Positions 61,086 through 64,000 of a DNA stretch of 64,000 nucleotides are shown one piece after another (the first letter of the stretch is position 1; every line of letters starts with the position of its first letter). A program made the translations under genes and the position numbers. Source of the DNA: Lingula anatina (lineage: Eukaryota > Animalia > Brachiopoda); assembly GCA_051362555.1 (NCBI GenBank), contig CM120646.1, forward strand, positions 62,001 to 126,000, read 5' to 3'. The notes beneath the pieces are model-generated. The model made no database searches, was not told where the DNA came from, and was given only the letters and a program-made list of their open reading frames with translations.

Positions 61086-61835
61086 TGGTATCAAATTGTC
61101 CCAGTCCCTGGCATCAGTTTGTCCCAGTCGTGGCATCAGTTTGTCCCAGTCCCTGGCATCAGTTTGTCCCAGTCCCTAGCATCAAATTGTCCCGGTACCT
61201 GGCATCAAATTGTCCCAGTCCGTGACATCAAATTGCCCAAGCTCCTGGCATCAAATTGTCCCAGTTCCTGGCATCAAATTGTCCCAGTCCATGACATCAA
61301 ATTGTCCCAGTCCATGACATCAAATTGTCCTAGCCCTGGCATCAAATTGTCCCAGTCCCTGACATCAAATTGTCCCAGTCCCTGACATCAAATTGTCCCA
61401 GTCCATGGCATCAAATTGTCCCAGTCCCTGACATCAAATTGTCCCAGTTCCTGACATCAAATTGTCCCAGTCCGTGACATCAAATTGTCCCAGCCCCTGA
61501 CATTAAATTGTCCCAGTCCCTGAAATCAAATTGTCCCAGTTCCTGGTATTAAATTCTTCCAGTCCCTGGTATCAAAATGTCCCAGTCCGTGACATCAAAT
61601 TGTCCCAGTCCGTGACATCAAATTGTCCCAGTCCCTGACATCAAATTGTCCCAGTCCCTGACATCAAATTGTCCAAGTTTCCGACATGAAATTGTCCCAG
61701 TCCCTGACATGAAATTGTCCCAGTCCCTGACATGAAATTGGCCCAGTCCCTGACATGAAATTGGCCCAGTCCCTGGTATTAAATTGTCCCAGTCCCCGAT
61801 TTCAAAATGTCCCAGTCCCCGATATCAAATTTTCC
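61086..61835. repeat. ~23-bp minisatellite, ~32 copies
   Basis: Unit tcaaattgtcccagtccctgRca. Confidence 0.92.
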
Positions 61836-64000
61836 AAATTTCATTCATAAACTACCAGCAACATGGCAACTGTGACACAAATCAGTCAAATGAGTAATCT
61901 GTCTTCCTAGGGAACCAATATGCTGAGGAAACCATTAATGCATTTTATGCCAATATTACTACAACATTTCCTTGAGTAATCAAGTAAAAATGTCACCACA
62001 GCTTAATGTAACTACATTACGTAGGCTCTTGGTAGAGTAGACTGCTCTAGCCTTCCATGAAAATTGATCTTCCCACTGCTACAGGCAGATTTCATATCTA
62101 AGTGCTTTGAGATAAAGCCATCATGTCAAATTAATAATACAAAGAGTTGATTTGCCTTGATATTTCTGTCTCTGATACACCTTCACCTCCTGTATTGTGA
62201 TATATGAGATCATACTCACTTAATTACTTTGTATTGTGATATATGAGATCATACTTAATTACTTTGTATTATGAAGTGATATACCTACAAAATAACACAT
62301 TCCTCTAGTTTTTTTATCAGCTTTCATTACAGGTCTACCTTTAGAAAAACATCCCACTTGTAAACTTATATACAGTATCAAGGGGATCATGTAATATTAT
62401 ACAAATAGTTCGTGTCTACTGTAGTTTAAAGCAAAATGTTGGACACAGTCAACATTCTTGGCCTTTAGTTAATGTATGAATGTCAGCAGAGTATCCATAT
62501 GTCTGTATCACTGTAAATTCTGGCTCTAATGCACCACTATAACTAATTATCAAAACAACAGGTCTCAATGTTAGTCTACTAGCATATAATGCACACTCAA
62601 TTTAAGGCAAATTAATGTTCAAATCCGTTTCATAATTCACTTCCAATGTGGACTCTTGAGTGCAGAGCTCATGATTGGAGAGGCCCCACTGTATCCCAGC
62701 TTTTCCACTGCATCCACTGTTATTATTATTATTATTATGACTATGTTAGACAAGAAATTATAAGAGCTGATGACTACATCTCTCTCAGTAATATTTAAAT
62801 GAAAACAATCTTATCACTCTAACTGTTATACAATGCACTCATGATATCTCAGTAATACTAAAGCTAAACCTGCATTAATTAACATGTTTCAATAAATCAC
62901 ACATTTGTATACTGTATATGTTTGTCCTTTCATATCTTTGCCATTAGAAACGAGACCATACTCAGCAAGGCTTTGACTATCAACATTTCACAGGTACTCA
63001 AGTACAGAACCTTGAAATGCTGACCAGCGACTGGTTTCTCTGAGGGATTCTGTAAGCTTAGCAACCAGACCACACTATTTGTAAACAGAAGCTTAAAGCA
63101 GTGAATACAACCACTGATAACATGAAGGCCTTCTCTGTAGGGCTCTTCACAAAGGCACTTTTCAAGAGTTTTATCAATAGATCTCATTACACCGAGCACA
63201 TTAATCATCCTTCAATTCACTCAATCCCTTACACACTGTCAGTGAGATTGTGTTAGTGGAGACAGATATCACATTTTGTTGCTGTTCTTTACTTTCATTT
63301 TATACCAGGCACTATTGCCCTAGAAGGTCTTATACCTGGTTTAACATTTTCTTCTAGTTCCTGGTGCACCTGAAGGTCTTAAATATCCGCGTGCAAATAA
63401 TAAACAAGTTCAAATTAGAAGTGCTAGATCTAAAGGGACAAAATGCATATTTAAACACATAGGTTTTTACTTAAAACTAACTTAAAAGTACATGTACATA
63501 ACAACATCTTGTTAACTTACATGTACCTGAGGCCAAGTAAAACATTTTGAAAAATTTTAAAAGATAAATGCCAAGAATTAATATCTAATGTATCATGAAT
63601 GAAACCCTCCTTGCCACCAGTTGACCATAATATGACACAAACTTGGGATATTCATTCAGAGATGGGAAATATGACTACAGGAAATGTTCAAATCAATGTA
63701 TACTGAATACCATTATGGGTCAATGTTTTCTTAGATTGTTAAACAGTTGTGCCAGAAAAGGAGGATTAAAGATCCAACAGACAGTCGGCTTAAAATCGGT
63801 ACATGATCACCTATAGCCTCTACATATATTCCTCAATACAAATTTGAACACGCGCCAAACCCTCCCCCCCCCCCCCCCAACACACACACACACACATGCA
63901 CACACACACACACACACAACAGCCGGTGTTCCAGACAATTGTATGACAAAACTAAAATGGGTTTCTAAAACGAAAGAGGCCACATTTAAAGTAGATCTAA

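Noticed and set aside
62930-63240. 92-aa minus-strand ORF as an MTRR upstream exon or separate gene
   Set aside because: No recognisable motif, neighbouring frames contain many stops, and MTRR's N-terminus is already complete at 54622.

Overview
Intron-rich animal genomic DNA (invertebrate-like; the taxon cannot be fixed from sequence alone). It holds four protein-coding genes whose exon chains I reconstructed by hand from GT-AG sites and reading frame. (1) The 3' seven exons of a divergent sorbitol-dehydrogenase-like gene (+, 417-3885), followed by a decayed tandem paralogue. (2) A single-coding-exon GT31 beta-1,3-glycosyltransferase (+, 21779-22939). (3) An 11-exon secreted protein with signal peptide, PAN/apple, EGF-like and three CTHRC1 C-terminal-like domains but no collagen helix (+, 24501-36771). 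(4) Methionine synthase reductase MTRR (-, 38657-54622, 13 coding exons). Mobile DNA includes two near-identical TTAA-flanked Kolobok-like elements, a long-TIR element, a foldback MITE, a young internally deleted BEL/Pao LTR element, an RTEX-like LINE with an intact ORF and a tRNA-derived SINE. The most striking pattern is that about 10 of the ~58 splice junctions in the three spliced genes are themselves tandemly amplified. Each repeat unit is typically exon end plus donor, or acceptor plus exon start, in 2-20 copies. The arrays always run into the intron, the exon-proximal copy keeps the ORF, and the copies often differ from the exon at synonymous positions.
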